A stretch of DNA of 64,000 nucleotides, from positions 33,480,001-33,544,000 of the forward strand of contig NC_135770.1 of assembly GCF_052425735.1 (NCBI RefSeq). The letters are read 5' to 3'. Origin of the DNA: Oculina patagonica (lineage: Eukaryota). Both the position numbers and the translations under genes were made by a program. This document shows positions 37,001 to 48,699 of this stretch, in pieces. The stretch's first letter is position 1. Each line of letters starts with the position of its first letter. The notes under the pieces are model-generated. The model had not been told where the DNA came from, made no database searches, and worked only from the letters and a program-made list of their open reading frames with translations.

Positions 37001-40000
37001 TTTCCTTCGAAAAGGGACGCGGTTCCCAAGGTAACGAGTTAGGTTTATGTAACACGTGATGAATATTTATAAAAAAAACGCTGCTCATAAACTTATGCAA
37101 AAAACACAAATTTTCACTCTTGTAAACTCTTGTCAACTCCAGTTGGCTCAAAACATCACATTCTCGAACACTTGAACAATTTAAAAAGCTCGCCGTTTTG
37201 TTTCAAAGTAAAGGGGCTTTGTCACGGATTTTGCCAGATTTTTGAACAGCCCCAAATTTCTATTTGTGTCGTAGGGAACCTAAATTAGAGCACTGAAACT
37301 GATAACAAGCGTCTTTGGTTGCAGATGGCTAGGATAGAAATGAATTGCAACTTGAAAAATTGAGGCTAAACTTTTCCAGTTGTTTCCGCGCGTCTTCAAA
37401 AAATCGATATTTATAGCCGAAGTTAAGGTTATACCTTCCTTTAGATGTTCAAAGATAATGTTTTTCATGGGTTAAGTTGCCTACCACTAATTTCAGAACA
37501 GTTTAGACCAAAAAATCTGCGAAATACCCGTGACGTAGCTTCTTTAAGTTTTGTGTCACACTTCAAAGCATTGCGTTACTTTTCAACTTTCTATTTCCAT
37601 TTGTTTCTTTACGACAGAATCGAGTGGTCCAAGCAGTATGATTGGCAGTTATCTGGACAGAACTACATCCACTGAATGGCTAACTGAAGACATCAATGCA
37701 CGATGCCTATGGAAACTAACTTTGGACGAGGAAAATAACTCGCTACTGAGAGATGAATTCTTTTATGAGCAGGTAAAATGAGTTCTTATTGACAGAACTG
37801 GGTGTGTTTAGCTACTTACCACTAGTAGCATCAACTGTAAAAAAAATATAATCATTAGTATTCCAATTATCGGAAGGTTATCGTCAGTTAGTTATGATAA
37901 CCACGGTTATCACGGTTATCGTTGGACTCCGGATCGAACGGTCCGGGTTCGAGCCTTTCCTGTGGTTTTGTTTTGTGTTCTTGAGCAAGACACGGCGAAC
38001 TGCTAATAGAAACCTGTCAACTTGGCCTGCTAGGGGGTAACCCTGCAGTGAACTAGCTTCCCATCAAGGGAGAGTAGCAATACTCCAAACGAACGGGGGG
38101 AGGGAAGAAGGTGGGGACTGGCACCGATGGGTTATTTGTTCTTTCCAATCTCTACTTCAAGTTGGGAGCATATGATTGAAAAGACAATCATGGGAAGGTA
38201 AGGGTGTTTAATATCTTTTGTTTTATATTGAACCATTTGTTCAGTGACGACGTCATGATTACCTCTCCAGGCCCCAAGTGCTTCCTTGTGCGTGTCTATT
38301 TTGGACCTTCACAGTGACGTCAAGGCCTGTGGCATGTTGATTCTGGACCTGTGTAATTCAATCTCTCAGAAGTTGGTCCCAGTGGCGCCAGGTGTCAGAA
38401 ATGAGGAGCTGGACCATAATTTGCTTATAAGGTCAGTGCCTACTCGGTATTAGAAAGGGTAGATGAGAACAATGTTCTGGGTCGGAGCATGGTTGGTTTT
38501 TGCCGGAAATCGCAGTAAAAAGTAATCTGACTTCAGGGCTCAAAATAACGGCCGGTCAAAGGACAATGTCCGTCCAAGATGGCAATTTGTCCGGACAAAC
38601 GTTCGGTTTGCCGGACATTTTGACCGGTCATGCACCAGACCAGAAAAATTTGTTATAATACCACTTTATAATGTTAATTCTAATAACTTTTTGAACATGT
38701 GGCAATATTAAGTTTTTGCTTAATATACAGTATCAGAGCAAACTCTACAACGTTCAAACCACAGATAACTCCAAAGTAAATTCCTTAACTGAAATACGTG
38801 AAGTATAAATGTCACTTCTATTCAGAAGCATGATGCATTTTTTTCGCTAGTTTTTGATCCGTGTAGTTTTGTTCAAGTCAGTTTAATTTATACTTCAATC
38901 AGTATTACGCGAAACGTCGAAGAAAAGAACGTGCAAGGTCGGAAAAGCGTTCAAAGCTTTGTAACTTAAAGCATCTGATTTGAGCGCGAAAGATGGAAAA
39001 CAACGTGAGAAATGCTTGAATTCTGCCTCAGTTAATTGAATGGCGCTATCGCATCTTACAAGGGTATTAAGAAAACCAAAAAAATGCAGGCAAAACAGTG
39101 AAGAGATGGCAGGTCCTTTTCCACCACACCAACAAAGACGATTCAACGAACAGCAAAAGCGACTACTATTTCAATATTTTGACCGGTCAGAAACGACATG
39201 TGACCGAGCTAAAATCGGTTTGGCCGGTCAACATGACCGGCAACTATCCAAAAATTATTTTGAGCCCTGGACTTGAAAGTTTGTTCCTTGTTTTCTCATT
39301 TCACAGATGTTTGACTTTTCCCTTAAAATTCAAGAATTGTGTTCTCGCTGCTACTTCAATACATCGAGTGTCGTTGCTTTACAATTACTAAGAAGATCGA
39401 GAAATTTAAAGTTGTTCGTGACTCTTCCATGGCTTTCATTACCGAGAACAATATCAAAACCCACATTCATTTTCTAAAGGTCTTCTAACGAGAATGTGGT
39501 TGCTAATCAAGACTTTTTCTCAACAACGGCCCTTATTAAATCACTCTCGGGATTTAAGGATTAAGCTCATAAACACCACGCTTGTCATAATTTGTTGTTT
39601 TTGTTGATATCTGATGTCGATTCTTTCACCAGTATGATCCGCTATCTGCTGTTCAACGCCAAATTGAAGATGATGAAGGCTGGGGAGACGCAAGGAGTGG
39701 AGCTCTGCGACACGTATGTACAAGCCTCGATTCTACCATCCGTTTTCAGTGATGAGTTGTTTAAGAAACATAGAACAGGCGGTCAAATCAGGCAATGTGA
39801 ACGCAAGATAGTGGCTAAGTAGAATAGACACATCATCAGCCTGTAACCGTGCTCTATAGCCCCGTGTAATTATTGCCACTGTTCGCGCGCTTAATTTTTC
39901 CCGCGCTCGAGAGACGTGTGAGACCCGACCCGAAAAACTCCATGCTGATGACGTAACTCTATAGAGATCCGTGTAGTGTTTCTGATTGGTTGTTGCACGG

Positions 40001-42548
40001 TTTTGAATTTTGGCGCGCAAGTAACAACCAATCAGAGACACTACACGGATCCTTGTATAGCTACGTCATTAGTGTGGACATTTTCAGGACGAACCTCAGA
40101 TTTCTGTTGATTGGTAGTGGGGCAAGCATAAATGTGAGACAATTAACGCCATTAATACGCTTTCTTGAGTTGTGGGATGTCCATTTTTGGCAGTAATTAT
40201 TGTGTACTTCATGTGCGAGCTTTTGTGTCACCATTCTGTTGACAGGTACCTTGGTCACGTGGACCTGATGAAGTTTCTAGTGGAGTCGAACTGTGGAGAC
40301 ATTCCTTCACTTCGCGACCTCATGCACCCAGACTCTGCAAGGTAAGCGATGGGGGAGGGGAGGGGAGGGTCCCCAGCACCATTACGTTGCAATATAAGCA
40401 GTGGAAAAGGGGGAGGGGGGAGAGGTTAGGGGACCATGTACCATGATTTTGCAAGATAAGCAGTGAAGGAGGGGAAAGGGAGGGGAGGGTCCCACGCACT
40501 CTGACTCTTCAAGGAAAGCAGTGGGTGTAGGGGTGGGGATGATATGGACCCTAATCGTGCAAGAAAAGCGAGAGTGAGAGAAGGACGATAAGTGTTGTTC
40601 TGGGAAACAAGTGTCTGTCTGGTTTTGTGTCTGGGAGGTTGCAACAACAGTGCGTATGAAGAGCAAAAATAAAATTATTATTTTGTCGGGTACATAATTG
40701 TTCTTGATCCGTTGCAGGCGCCTTCGTGACCGTTTCATTGAAGGGGAACGACTCTCTCTCGCAATGGAAGTTTCTACCAAGTGTGGACTCGACCCCTCAG
40801 GGGTGTGGGGAGCGGCAGGATTTGCTCTTCTTCAAGCTGGAGATTTCCCCGGTGCCAGAGAAAAGTTTGCTCGCTGCATGAAGGTAAAGGAATTGTGTTG
40901 GCCTGTTTTCTGAAATAATTTCATCGTGATTATAATGAAAGAAAAAAACACAGTAGGAGGGGATGGCGATTTATAGAGCGGCTAGTAAACAAGCAAACCA
41001 AAAACAAACGAACAAAAGAGACAGACACGGATAAAATCTATCGTGCTGCAATTGTGCGTTTATGATCGACTTTAACATCAGTAGAGGAAAAAATGTTGCT
41101 TTCGGCAAACGCTCGTTTCAGCACTTGAGCAGTTTCCGATTTTATTATCCAGTCAAAAACTGTCCAGTCACATCAGCCTGACGCAATGTTAATACGTCTT
41201 GTTGCTAAACAACGTCGCAGATGAGAATCGCGGGCTCAAACAATTCAAGGAAACGGCATTTCGCCCTAAACTGGTGCTTATTCCCTCAAAGGTGGTTAAC
41301 TTACCTTCCCAACACGAAATGATAAATATTTTACTAGTTCTGTTAAGGCGAACAAAACATTCCACTTTTAAACTTTTTATTGTTCTCTTATTACAGGAAA
41401 TTAAGTTTTCCAAATCTTGTTGTCTTGCAGGCTGAAGAGGCAGGGAAACAACAACAGCATAACAACTCGCAGTATCTGGAAAAGATCATCGACATTCTTC
41501 AGTCCTCCCCACTGCTGGCTTACAGACAGGTACGTTTCACCTGCGTGCTCCGCGTTAGGTTTTTCGAGAGAGAAAGCTGGTTACCGCAGACTGCCCACAT
41601 AATATGATACACAAGCAAAAGTAAAAGAGCAGTAAACAAAATTATTACTATTATAACAGGGATGCAAATTGCATTTTGTATTTTCAGGATGGCATTAAAC
41701 AGTATTCGTTTTTCTTATAGCTGTCTTGATCGCTTGATTTTTCTTGGTTAACCTTTATTTGTCAAGTTTCTTGTTTGCAAAAAGTACTTGTTGTCTCCTT
41801 ATTGTATAAATATACAGTCGGATCCCGCATTTCGAACCGTCAGGGGAAACAAAAAAATAGTTCAAAATAGCGGGAGTTCGAAATAGCCGATAATAAATGA
41901 CTGTAAGGCAATTCCAAGGGAATAGGTTTTAGCTTGAAAAAACCGAGTTCGAATTAGAGGGGTCTAACTGTATTTGTTTTGCAGTCTACAGATGATCTTA
42001 TGTCTCCTTTGCTTGGCCTGTTGGAAAACAGTCGAGTAAGTCAGTCTTATTTTTCTATACAATTTCAACTTTTTCATGTATTCCCTTCGAGATCTGATTG
42101 GTTTGTTAGTTTGCATTAACAGATATGATTGCTTTCTAATTTTTCCATTTCTATATTTTTATTCTCTTACTCTTAATTCTTTGTCTTGGCAGAATTTCCA
42201 GAGCGGTAATTCGTACCTAGATCCCAAACGGTTTGATGAGTGCCTTTACTATCTTCATAAGTATGGTAGCCCGTCATCCCTTGTGGCGTTTTACGTCAGA
42301 CACGGTTATCTTAAGCTCGCTTGCAGATACATCATTGATCAGGTAAGGGTTTGCCCTTTGTTCTTGATAACTGTTTCTTCTACTAACTGGGTGAAGTGCA
42401 TTGTTTTAGAAGATTCTCTTTCACACATATACAGGTCTAGAAATAGAATGGGTAAATATGGGTTCGAAACAATAAGAGGAACCGATCGTAGATTGTCAAA
42501 ATAAGACAGCAATAATAATAATGATGATGATGGAAGTGGTGGTTGTGG

Positions 42549-42614
<66 letters not shown>

Positions 42615-45600
42615 ATTTAACAGATCCACTTGGTGGCTCTTCTCTGTTTAAAAAAAAACCTACATTGATATATAGTGCTAATAACTGCTAAGAGTTAAAA
42701 AATACCTAATTAAAATTAAAGTTTTACAAAAGTAGAATTATTATAAAAATATCTGAAACGACAGAAATCAGTTTTAGTTACATTATACATGATGCTAAGA
42801 AATAATTTTGTTCATTGATGTAGCATGTCCTAGTCGCCAATTTAACAATTATGTGTAAATTCCCCTAAATCCTACCCTCGTCAGGGCTGCCTTAAAATAA
42901 TCAGCCGAACTTACCAATTCATTGTTCTGTTATATGTTTTCTTCTGTCTTAGCAATGTCCTGTTGACGTGTTTATCGAAAGCTTGTTCATGCGCCTCGTT
43001 CTCAAAGGCAATTTCACGCAGCTGAAAGAGCAAATGGAAATCACTGACCCGTCTCTGCAAGCATGGATGCCTTATTTGACCGCGGCGTGTAAATTTTTAC
43101 TTCGGAGAAGCTTTCACCATCTCCTGTACGAAGTGCAAGTGTTTATGAGGGTAAGTACCTTATTACATGGAATTTTCGGAACACGTTAATTTCGCCATTT
43201 TGAGGTGTGCATATTTCGCGATTTGCGAAAGTTTTGTATTTTGTATCACTTTAGTTTTGCGTTTTTGAGTAAGACTGTAAGTCGTTCATGAAAGAAACAA
43301 CCAACACGATCGATACGCAATAGCTGGGACAAAATTGTTTCCTGGACGACTATCAAATTGTAACGCTTGGTCATATGCCACGTGAGATCAGCCGCTTAAT
43401 CAACAAGATTTCAAGAGGCGCTGATGTCTTCGCGACTGTAAAAGACGCACACTTTCGCGGCCACCATAGTCCACTTATACAAGAAGGTTTGGAGATTCTA
43501 GTAGAGGCAACAGTAAAAATGGAAACATCTACAAAGAACGGGGAAGCCGTTGAGAGGTCCACAGCAGTACAGGGAACCAGTAAATGGCCTAAATATAAGA
43601 TGAGTTTGGGTTTTTTTTGGTTTTGTGGGGGAAAAAAAATGGACGTAGACGTCTACGCAAGTCGTTCATACATTGTCTCTAAAATTTTTCATGCACGTAA
43701 ACGCACGTAAAAAATTGCGCGTCAGTGGAAATTCACCTTAACCTGGACGATCACACAACGAAATTCAAATTCCATTTGAAATTCACAGACCACGAGTTTG
43801 TCAGCTGCCAGACTGTTATTTTAAAGAAAGTCGATTTAATTATTCATCTTGCTTTTTAACCATTAGGCCTCCTTGGTATAACAGAGTTAATCTCCATTTT
43901 TCTCAACCTTAGGATTTCTTCCGCGCCGCTCAGACTTGCATTCGCTTTTACGAGGGCGCGGCCGGGGGCCCTGTGACGTCATACGAGGATCTGTACTCTC
44001 GACTTCATTACCTCGAGGAAGCCAAACAGCACATAGAAGCTGTGATCGCAGAGAAGAAATCTCCCAAAGGCACCGTGAACACCGTGTTTGCGTATTTACG
44101 CCAGCGAAGCACGACCAGTGTGAAGGGTGGCGCAGAGGAACCGTCTCACTTAACTATGTCCCTGTCCGAGCTGAACAGTCACATGAACACAATCAACTTA
44201 CAGATGGAAGTTACAAATTTCATGCACCAGTGTGCAGTGGACAGAGGGGGACTGGGTCTGCTGCGAGCGACTGAAGGGAGCCGTCTGCCTACGCTGTTCG
44301 GAAATGGACACGTTAGAGGGGAGATGGTTGTCCAGGTAAATACGGGATTTATAAGACTGGCAGGGACATAAGTAAAATTTGGTGTCAGAAGGGATGGTTT
44401 TGTTAGTATTGGATTCGTAGGGTGGATGTTACTTATGTTAAAAAAAATTGCGAACAAATCGATGGCAAAATAAAGAATAAAATCATGGGATTTTTAGGGG
44501 TTTCAGAAAAGTGGTAAAATGTACAAGAATGGCGCAATTTATCTTCCCTAGTCTTCGTTTAAATATTTTAACATATAATTCCTCTGAGATATTTTGTTCT
44601 TTCTTAGTAGTTGGCCCTATAAATGAGGAAAATTATCTCTTGTATCCCTTATACATACTAGCAATATACTTTCTAGTCGTTAGGGGCTATTTGCAACCTT
44701 ACCTAGAGTTATTGACAATCCTGTCGATTGGAGTCACACAGCTGAAGACTTTTTCAGTTCCTTTCATAAATTCGTAATCTAGGAGATACAACATCTTTTA
44801 TTTTACTCGGTTACTTGTATTTTATTTACAGCATTAATATCGGGGTTTTGTTTAGGTTCTCCTTGCTGGATCAAGAATTCAAGATGGCTTCAGTTTGGCC
44901 AGCCGAATAATTCAGGTTTGTTTCGGTTTCTCGTTTGTTGACAATGTTAAGTCTGTCAAAACTTGCGTGGCCACAAAACGTGTTATAAAAGTAGAATTTT
45001 CAACAAGACACGTTAAGATTTTACTGTGGTTACATGAACACAGACGTCTGAAATACTTTGCTAATTTAAGCCTTCATTTCGTTAAAAAAGGTAGGTTAAG
45101 TCTGCGGGGGCTTGTAGTTGGCGAAGATGGGCATATAGCCGAGAAGGGCTTATAAGCGCCCCCGGGGAGGGTGTAACAAAGTCAAACTCCATTTTACTTG
45201 TTTCAACATCTTTCGACACGTTGATCTTGTAAAAGACCAAATCAAATTCAAGGACTCTTAGTAGTTTATTTATTATTTCTTTTATATCTACACAGGATTA
45301 TAATCTGCCTGCTGCGCGTGTTTATGTGGACGCTGGCCGCTCGCTGGCGCGACAGTACAAGTACTCGCACATTGAAGAGCTTCTGCGTTGCTCGGGGGAG
45401 ACTGGGCAAGTAACAGACAAATGCCACGATGATATCATTCTCGCATGCGTCAGCATCGTGGCCGCTGACCAAAGTCAGGTGCGGTTCGTTTTGGTGTGAC
45501 CCTTTACAATGTAAAGAAATACTGGGATTTTTTTTAATACAGTCCTTGAAAAGCCCTGTAATTTTATTTTAGATTTCAAGGGCACTTGAAAAGTCCTTGA

Positions 45601-46849
45601 AAATAAGAATTTTGCTAAAAGTGCTTGAAAATAATGAAATTTCCTTGAATTTTTGTTCGGATGGGAAATAATATATTTTTGGATTGTGTCAAAGTAATTC
45701 AAGGATTGAGTGCAGGTTCGGGGCAGATTTTGTGAAATCTGTGCTGTTGCATGCTGGGTGAAATTCTGTGCCAGACAAATTAAACTTGCTTTGAATACTC
45801 CTTGAAAACTCAGTTTTTGGTGCTTGAATACTCCTTGATTATAATGCCAGCAGGGACTATGTCAAAACAAAAATTGATTGCGATATATTTTTCTTCTTGC
45901 TAGACGAAGTACCTCGAAGGACTCATAAAGCTTCTGAAGGATGACGTCAACAAGGTATTGGATACAATTTTCTCTCGTTTTCTTTTCCTGATAATTCAGT
46001 GTCTGTTTGGGAAATCTTTTCTCAAGTTACAATCAACGGAAGAGTTTCCAATTCTTCCTTTTATAGCAGCTTCTGTGACAAAAACCACTGGCGGCCTCAG
46101 TTATAGTCAGCGGCCTCATGAATTGTTTTCCGACTAAATTTATTGGGCAAGACGAGATTAATTATTAAACAATGGGAAAAGAGTCAAGATAAAAAAAAAT
46201 AACAACCCAATAGCGTATTTAGCTGTTGACAATGGCCTACTTGTATTTTTTTTTGTCGAGCTAAGCCTGTGGCTTAGCACATTCCCTAGCGTGAGGACGA
46301 GCACAAAGCGCAAGACTGGAACGACGAAAAAAACTCGCCTGTGTTCTGCAAGCTAGTGGATGTGCAGTCTTAGTCTGGTACACGCATTACATACAGAATA
46401 TAACGATTATTAAAGGGCAAAAACACAGTGCACTTCAATTCCTCAAATAATGCTTGATGTACATCTTATTCGTTATGTATGTTACGTGCAATGTTTGGAA
46501 CATTTGTCATTGTTTTCAAAAAGGTCAGATATTCCAACCAAGTTTTTATGCTTTCTAACACATTGTTATGTTATGTAAACCATAACTGTTTGGTTAAGAT
46601 TCGTGTCTTCTTTTTCACCAGATAAGCGCTTTCCTTATGTGCGGCAAGCTGAAATCTGCCTACCTGATTGCCGTTAAAGGGGACCGTGTGGAAGCCATTC
46701 GCGAAATTGCTGAACTGGCAGAGAAGACGGGCCAGGGTAAAATGGTGGAGATCTGCGCCAAGTATCTGTCCCAGTATGAGAAGAGAAGGGAAGCTCAGGA
46801 AAGACGAGCGACCCAGCAGCGAAAACATGGCGCTGAATACAACAGATGA
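10608..46849 (+). CDS. ZFYVE26: Zinc finger FYVE domain-containing protein 26 (spastizin/SPG15), about 3263 aa, 38 coding exons
   Basis: Exons: 10608-10819, 12679-12763, 13043-13132, 13959-14687, 15499-15666, 16902-16990, 17624-18852, 19647-19928, 21234-21857, 22690-22939, 23989-24293, 25542-25683, 26301-26401, 26771-26893, 27761-28160, 28481-28566, 29012-29115, 29703-30995, 31655-31866, 32631-33006, 34223-34364, 35031-35458, 36052-36191, 36951-37030, 37618-37772, 38271-38431, 39633-39713, 40246-40341, 40718-40883, 41431-41529, 41985-42035, 42193-42342, 42953-43150, 43913-44335, 44856-44915, 45296-45478, 45904-45954, 46622-46849 (9792 nt, phase-consistent). Spastizin hallmarks: HPFGREE..S...LF..FC..L..GQWEL, LLEQLLMNMKVEWA, FYVE domain, RDEFFYEQAPSASLC, EVSTKCGLD, PTLFGN, GKLKSAYLIAVK. 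Confidence 0.95.
11277..11569. mobile_element. MITE
   Basis: TIR TGGGCTATTCCATTTTATATC / GATATAAAATGGAATGGCCCA. Confidence 0.75.
11937..12544. mobile_element. pogo/Tc1-mariner-type non-autonomous element
   Basis: TA|CAGTCCGACCTCTATTAAGC...GCTTAATAGAGGTCGGACTG|TA with repeated subterminal GGCCGCTTAATAG. Confidence 0.85.
13591..13850 (+). mobile_element. tRNA-derived SINE (second family)
   Basis: TAGCACAGTGGTGAGAGCACTCGCCTCCCACCAATGTG...GTTTCGATTC head followed by a conserved body. Confidence 0.7.
14649..14970 (+). repeat. Templated insertion: 140-bp promoter copy (14732-14871) flanked by an ~80-bp direct duplication of the exon 4 end and donor
   Basis: 14732-14871 matches 10421-10560 with 7 substitutions and no indels; 14649-14729 is repeated at 14891-14970. 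Confidence 0.95.
15237..15325. repeat. (ATT)n microsatellite
   Basis: Direct reading. Confidence 0.95.
15700..16370. mobile_element. Unclassified element with a terminal long palindrome and a 22-bp inverted pair
   Basis: Palindrome 15700-15811 (~50-bp arms); AATATCATAGGTGACAAATTAC at 15841-15862 inverted at 16349-16370. Confidence 0.6.
19127..19614. mobile_element. MITE (GAGCGGTTTTCA TIR) carrying a nested TA-MITE at 19359-19565
   Basis: GAGCGGTTTTCAATTG...CAAGTGAAAACCGCTC; the nested element is homologous to 3395-3588. Confidence 0.8.
20281..20872. mobile_element. Non-autonomous TIR element with internal inverted repeats, TTAA-type target
   Basis: TTAA|AGGTCCCCGCACACGTGG...CCACGTGTGCGGAGACCT|TTAC with repeated ACATGTMGC motifs. 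Confidence 0.8.
23145..23504. mobile_element. Kolobok-like MITE, TTAA TSD; homolog at 27226-27608 and related TIRs at 37212-37543
   Basis: TTAA|GGGGGCTAGGTCACG...CGTGACATAGCCCCT|TTAA; internal sequence aligns with 27226-27608. Confidence 0.85.
24338..24810. mobile_element. Foldback MITE forming an almost complete palindrome
   Basis: GGCCTTATCACGGTTTCGACGCCATCTTGACGAGTAGGCAAAGCGGG / CCCGCTTTGCCTACTCGTCAAGATGGCGTCGAAAACCGTGATAAGGCC; arms extend to a ~17-nt spacer near 24580-24596. Confidence 0.9.
25135..25420 (-). mobile_element. tRNA-derived SINE (third family)
   Basis: Minus strand TTAGCTGAGTTGGTAGAGCGCCGGACTACCGCGCGGGAGGTCTCGGGTTCGAATCCC followed by a non-tRNA body. Confidence 0.75.
27226..27608. 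mobile_element. Kolobok-like MITE (homolog of 23145-23504)
   Basis: TTAA on both sides; AGGGGCTAGGTCA terminus; high internal similarity to 23145-23504. Confidence 0.85.
27778..29835 (+). other. DUF547-like domain inside ZFYVE26 (exons 15-18)
   Basis: GGFVD...SPEFQAL..TAELQSVNL; KICFYVNTLNLLIAHA; YCIGQLG.VSAFDLQFVILH; EKRIIFAICDGCVSSPQLQVF; LDAELSTAVVSYI; ITLPEILHWYRKDF. Same motif order as DUF547 (AFWIN.YN / y.igG..Sl.DIEH.IL / DPRIHFAL.CG..SCP / L.KIF.WY..DF). Confidence 0.8.
31201..31336. other. Assembly gap (136 N) in ZFYVE26 intron 18
   Basis: Run of N. Flanking exons join in phase 0, so no exon is required in the gap, although one cannot be excluded. Confidence 1.
33788..34178. mobile_element. 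Inverted twin tRNA-derived retroelement with a 13-bp TSD
   Basis: Inverted arms of ~160 bp around a 21-nt spacer; ACTCCTTTATTTG at 33775-33787 and 34179-34191. Confidence 0.9.
33985..34058 (+). pseudogene. tRNA-Thr(GGT)-like sequence, repeat-derived; mirror copy at 33860-33933 (-)
   Basis: Acceptor stem GGCTTCA/TGAAGCC, D arm GCTC-AGTTGGTA-GAGC, anticodon loop CCGGTAT, T arm ACGGG-TTCGAAT-CCCGT, then T7. An extra A after the acceptor stem, a mismatched anticodon stem and the GGT anticodon argue against a functional tRNA. Confidence 0.7.
35402..36170 (+). other. FYVE zinc finger of ZFYVE26 (split over exons 22-23)
   Basis: WMPD..CVIC..FSMFNRRHHCRRCGRVVCGTCS..VRVCDTC: intact WxxD, RRHHCR and RVC motifs with eight cysteines. 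Confidence 0.97.
38534..39269. mobile_element. Non-autonomous hAT-like element with a 5-bp TSD (hAT5 type)
   Basis: TIR CAGGGCTCAAAATAA / TTATTTTGAGCCCTG; GACTT at 38529-38533 and 39270-39274; subterminal TGACCGG repeats. Confidence 0.8.
41815..41970. mobile_element. Degenerate pogo-type MITE immediately upstream of exon 31
   Basis: TA|CAGTCGGATCCC...GGGGTCTAACTG|TA with TTCGAA subterminal repeats. Confidence 0.65.
42546..42611. repeat. (GAT)n microsatellite, probably the tail of an antisense retroelement
   Basis: Direct reading; followed by ATTTATTTAAC. Confidence 0.95.
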
Positions 46850-48699
46850 CGAACAGCACAACATTTTAGAAAGAAAACAAAAATAGCGAGAATTTTTTAA
46901 AGTCCGCCTTCGTAATAACAACACTGTATCAAATTTTCTGGCTCCTCGCCACTAACCATCCTTGCTCCTCTTTTAATTGATAGTGCTTCTCTGATTTTCC
47001 CCCTACTCTTTTGCAACTACTAATTTTGAGATTTTCTCCCATTTGAGGGTAATTTTGTACTTCGCTAATACTGCAGCAGTTTTGGACAAAACTGGTTGAC
47101 ACAGCAGTAAATTCCGTGCGAAATTTATCTTTTTTAAAGATTTCATTATAAAGTGTGATGAAGAACTTAATTATTGCCCCTCCCCCCTATCTATTGTTTT
47201 CCGCCAAGTTAGCCGTTTTGTAACAAGGTGGTTCTAGATTCAAAACAACATTTCAAAGAGGAAGAGAAAGGGCAGATAAAGTAACATAGTTTTTATAATT
47301 CCCTAAAGCGATTGTAGTGACTCAACAGTTTTTTTCCAAGATTGTGGACTTTTCGAGACCTAGCTCCGTTAGCGATCGTTTAACGAAACGAAAAATCTCT
47401 GAAAAACTATTTGCAAGGTTATCCAAAACAAGAAAACCTGCTAATTTGTGATCCCTCCGATTCAAGAGACTTTAACTGAAATTTTCTTTGGCTTTGAGGG
47501 CTGACATAAAAAAAACAAACCAATTTTCCCGTTAATCATTGCAAAGCCAAAACATAACAAAAAAGCAACCACAGAGTTAGCTGTAAATAATTATATTTTT
47601 TGGAGTAAATTGTACGACAAAAACCATTGAATTTTGTAGAATAACAAAGATATACCATTGAATAGAAAAAAATGGTTGTAACAATTATAAATAACTTTAC
47701 AAAAACGAATTGTAAATTGGGGTATTTCACTTGACTATATGGTCAAGTCTGGTAAACAGAAATTAAATGAATGTATTGTTATAAATGAATAACGCCTTAC
47801 AAAACGTAACCAAGTATTTTTTGGAATAAAGATTACATAAAATACAAGCGTAACCAGTGAAAACGAATGTATTGGCCACCAAGGTGGGGAAAGTTATTTT
47901 TGTCGGAGTTGGACGTAAAACAAAGAGAACAAGCTTCCGTTTTCAAATATGAAAAAAAAGTCTCATTTCCTCATTTAGAAGTGGATCGCAGACTCCTGCT
48001 CTGTATTGTTTCGAGGTTCTTTGTTAATTGTCTTGGTCGCAAAATCACCAAATACTGCGATTTTTAGAGAACGTGACCTACGGCGACGAATTTTTCGGAT
48101 TTGAACTGTGTTGATATTTGCAGCGAAGATAGTTACGACAACATTTTTTTAACACTGAATACAGCTAGAAAGTGAGATTCTATAGAAAAATTTATTCATC
48201 TTATAATCCACGTCATCTGCATCGCTGTTTTCAATACTAAAACGCTAACAGAGCTCCCTGTCGAATTTGGCGGGAAAGGATGGCCTGCTGCCGCTCCGTC
48301 GAAAAACCGCTGACTAGTAACCTGCGATCAGGCGTTTCCCCCTGCCCGTTTAAGGCCCTTTGTTTTGAAGAAAATGCTTTAATTTCAACATTTTGGGGGT
48401 TAGGCCTCACATCACGAGGTTTCCTGTGGCAAACATTATCGGGTTTAAATAACGCAAAGTTGTGACTAACTGAAGTCTAGCACGTGCATTTCTAAAACAT
48501 CTCTTTTATCTATTTGTAGTTGTATTTGTACTCTATTTAGCATAAAATAAATAAATATTTATTATAAATACGGTAAATAAATGAAATGAATGAATGACCT
48601 AGTCTTAGCCAATTACGGACACGAGTGCATACAAAATATGACCTAGGGGGGAAATATTTCTCAACGTGGCCGCTCTCATTTGTTTTGCACACCCAGAAC

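Noticed and set aside
42339-42629. Poly-Ser ORF
   Set aside because: Translation of the (GAT)n microsatellite.
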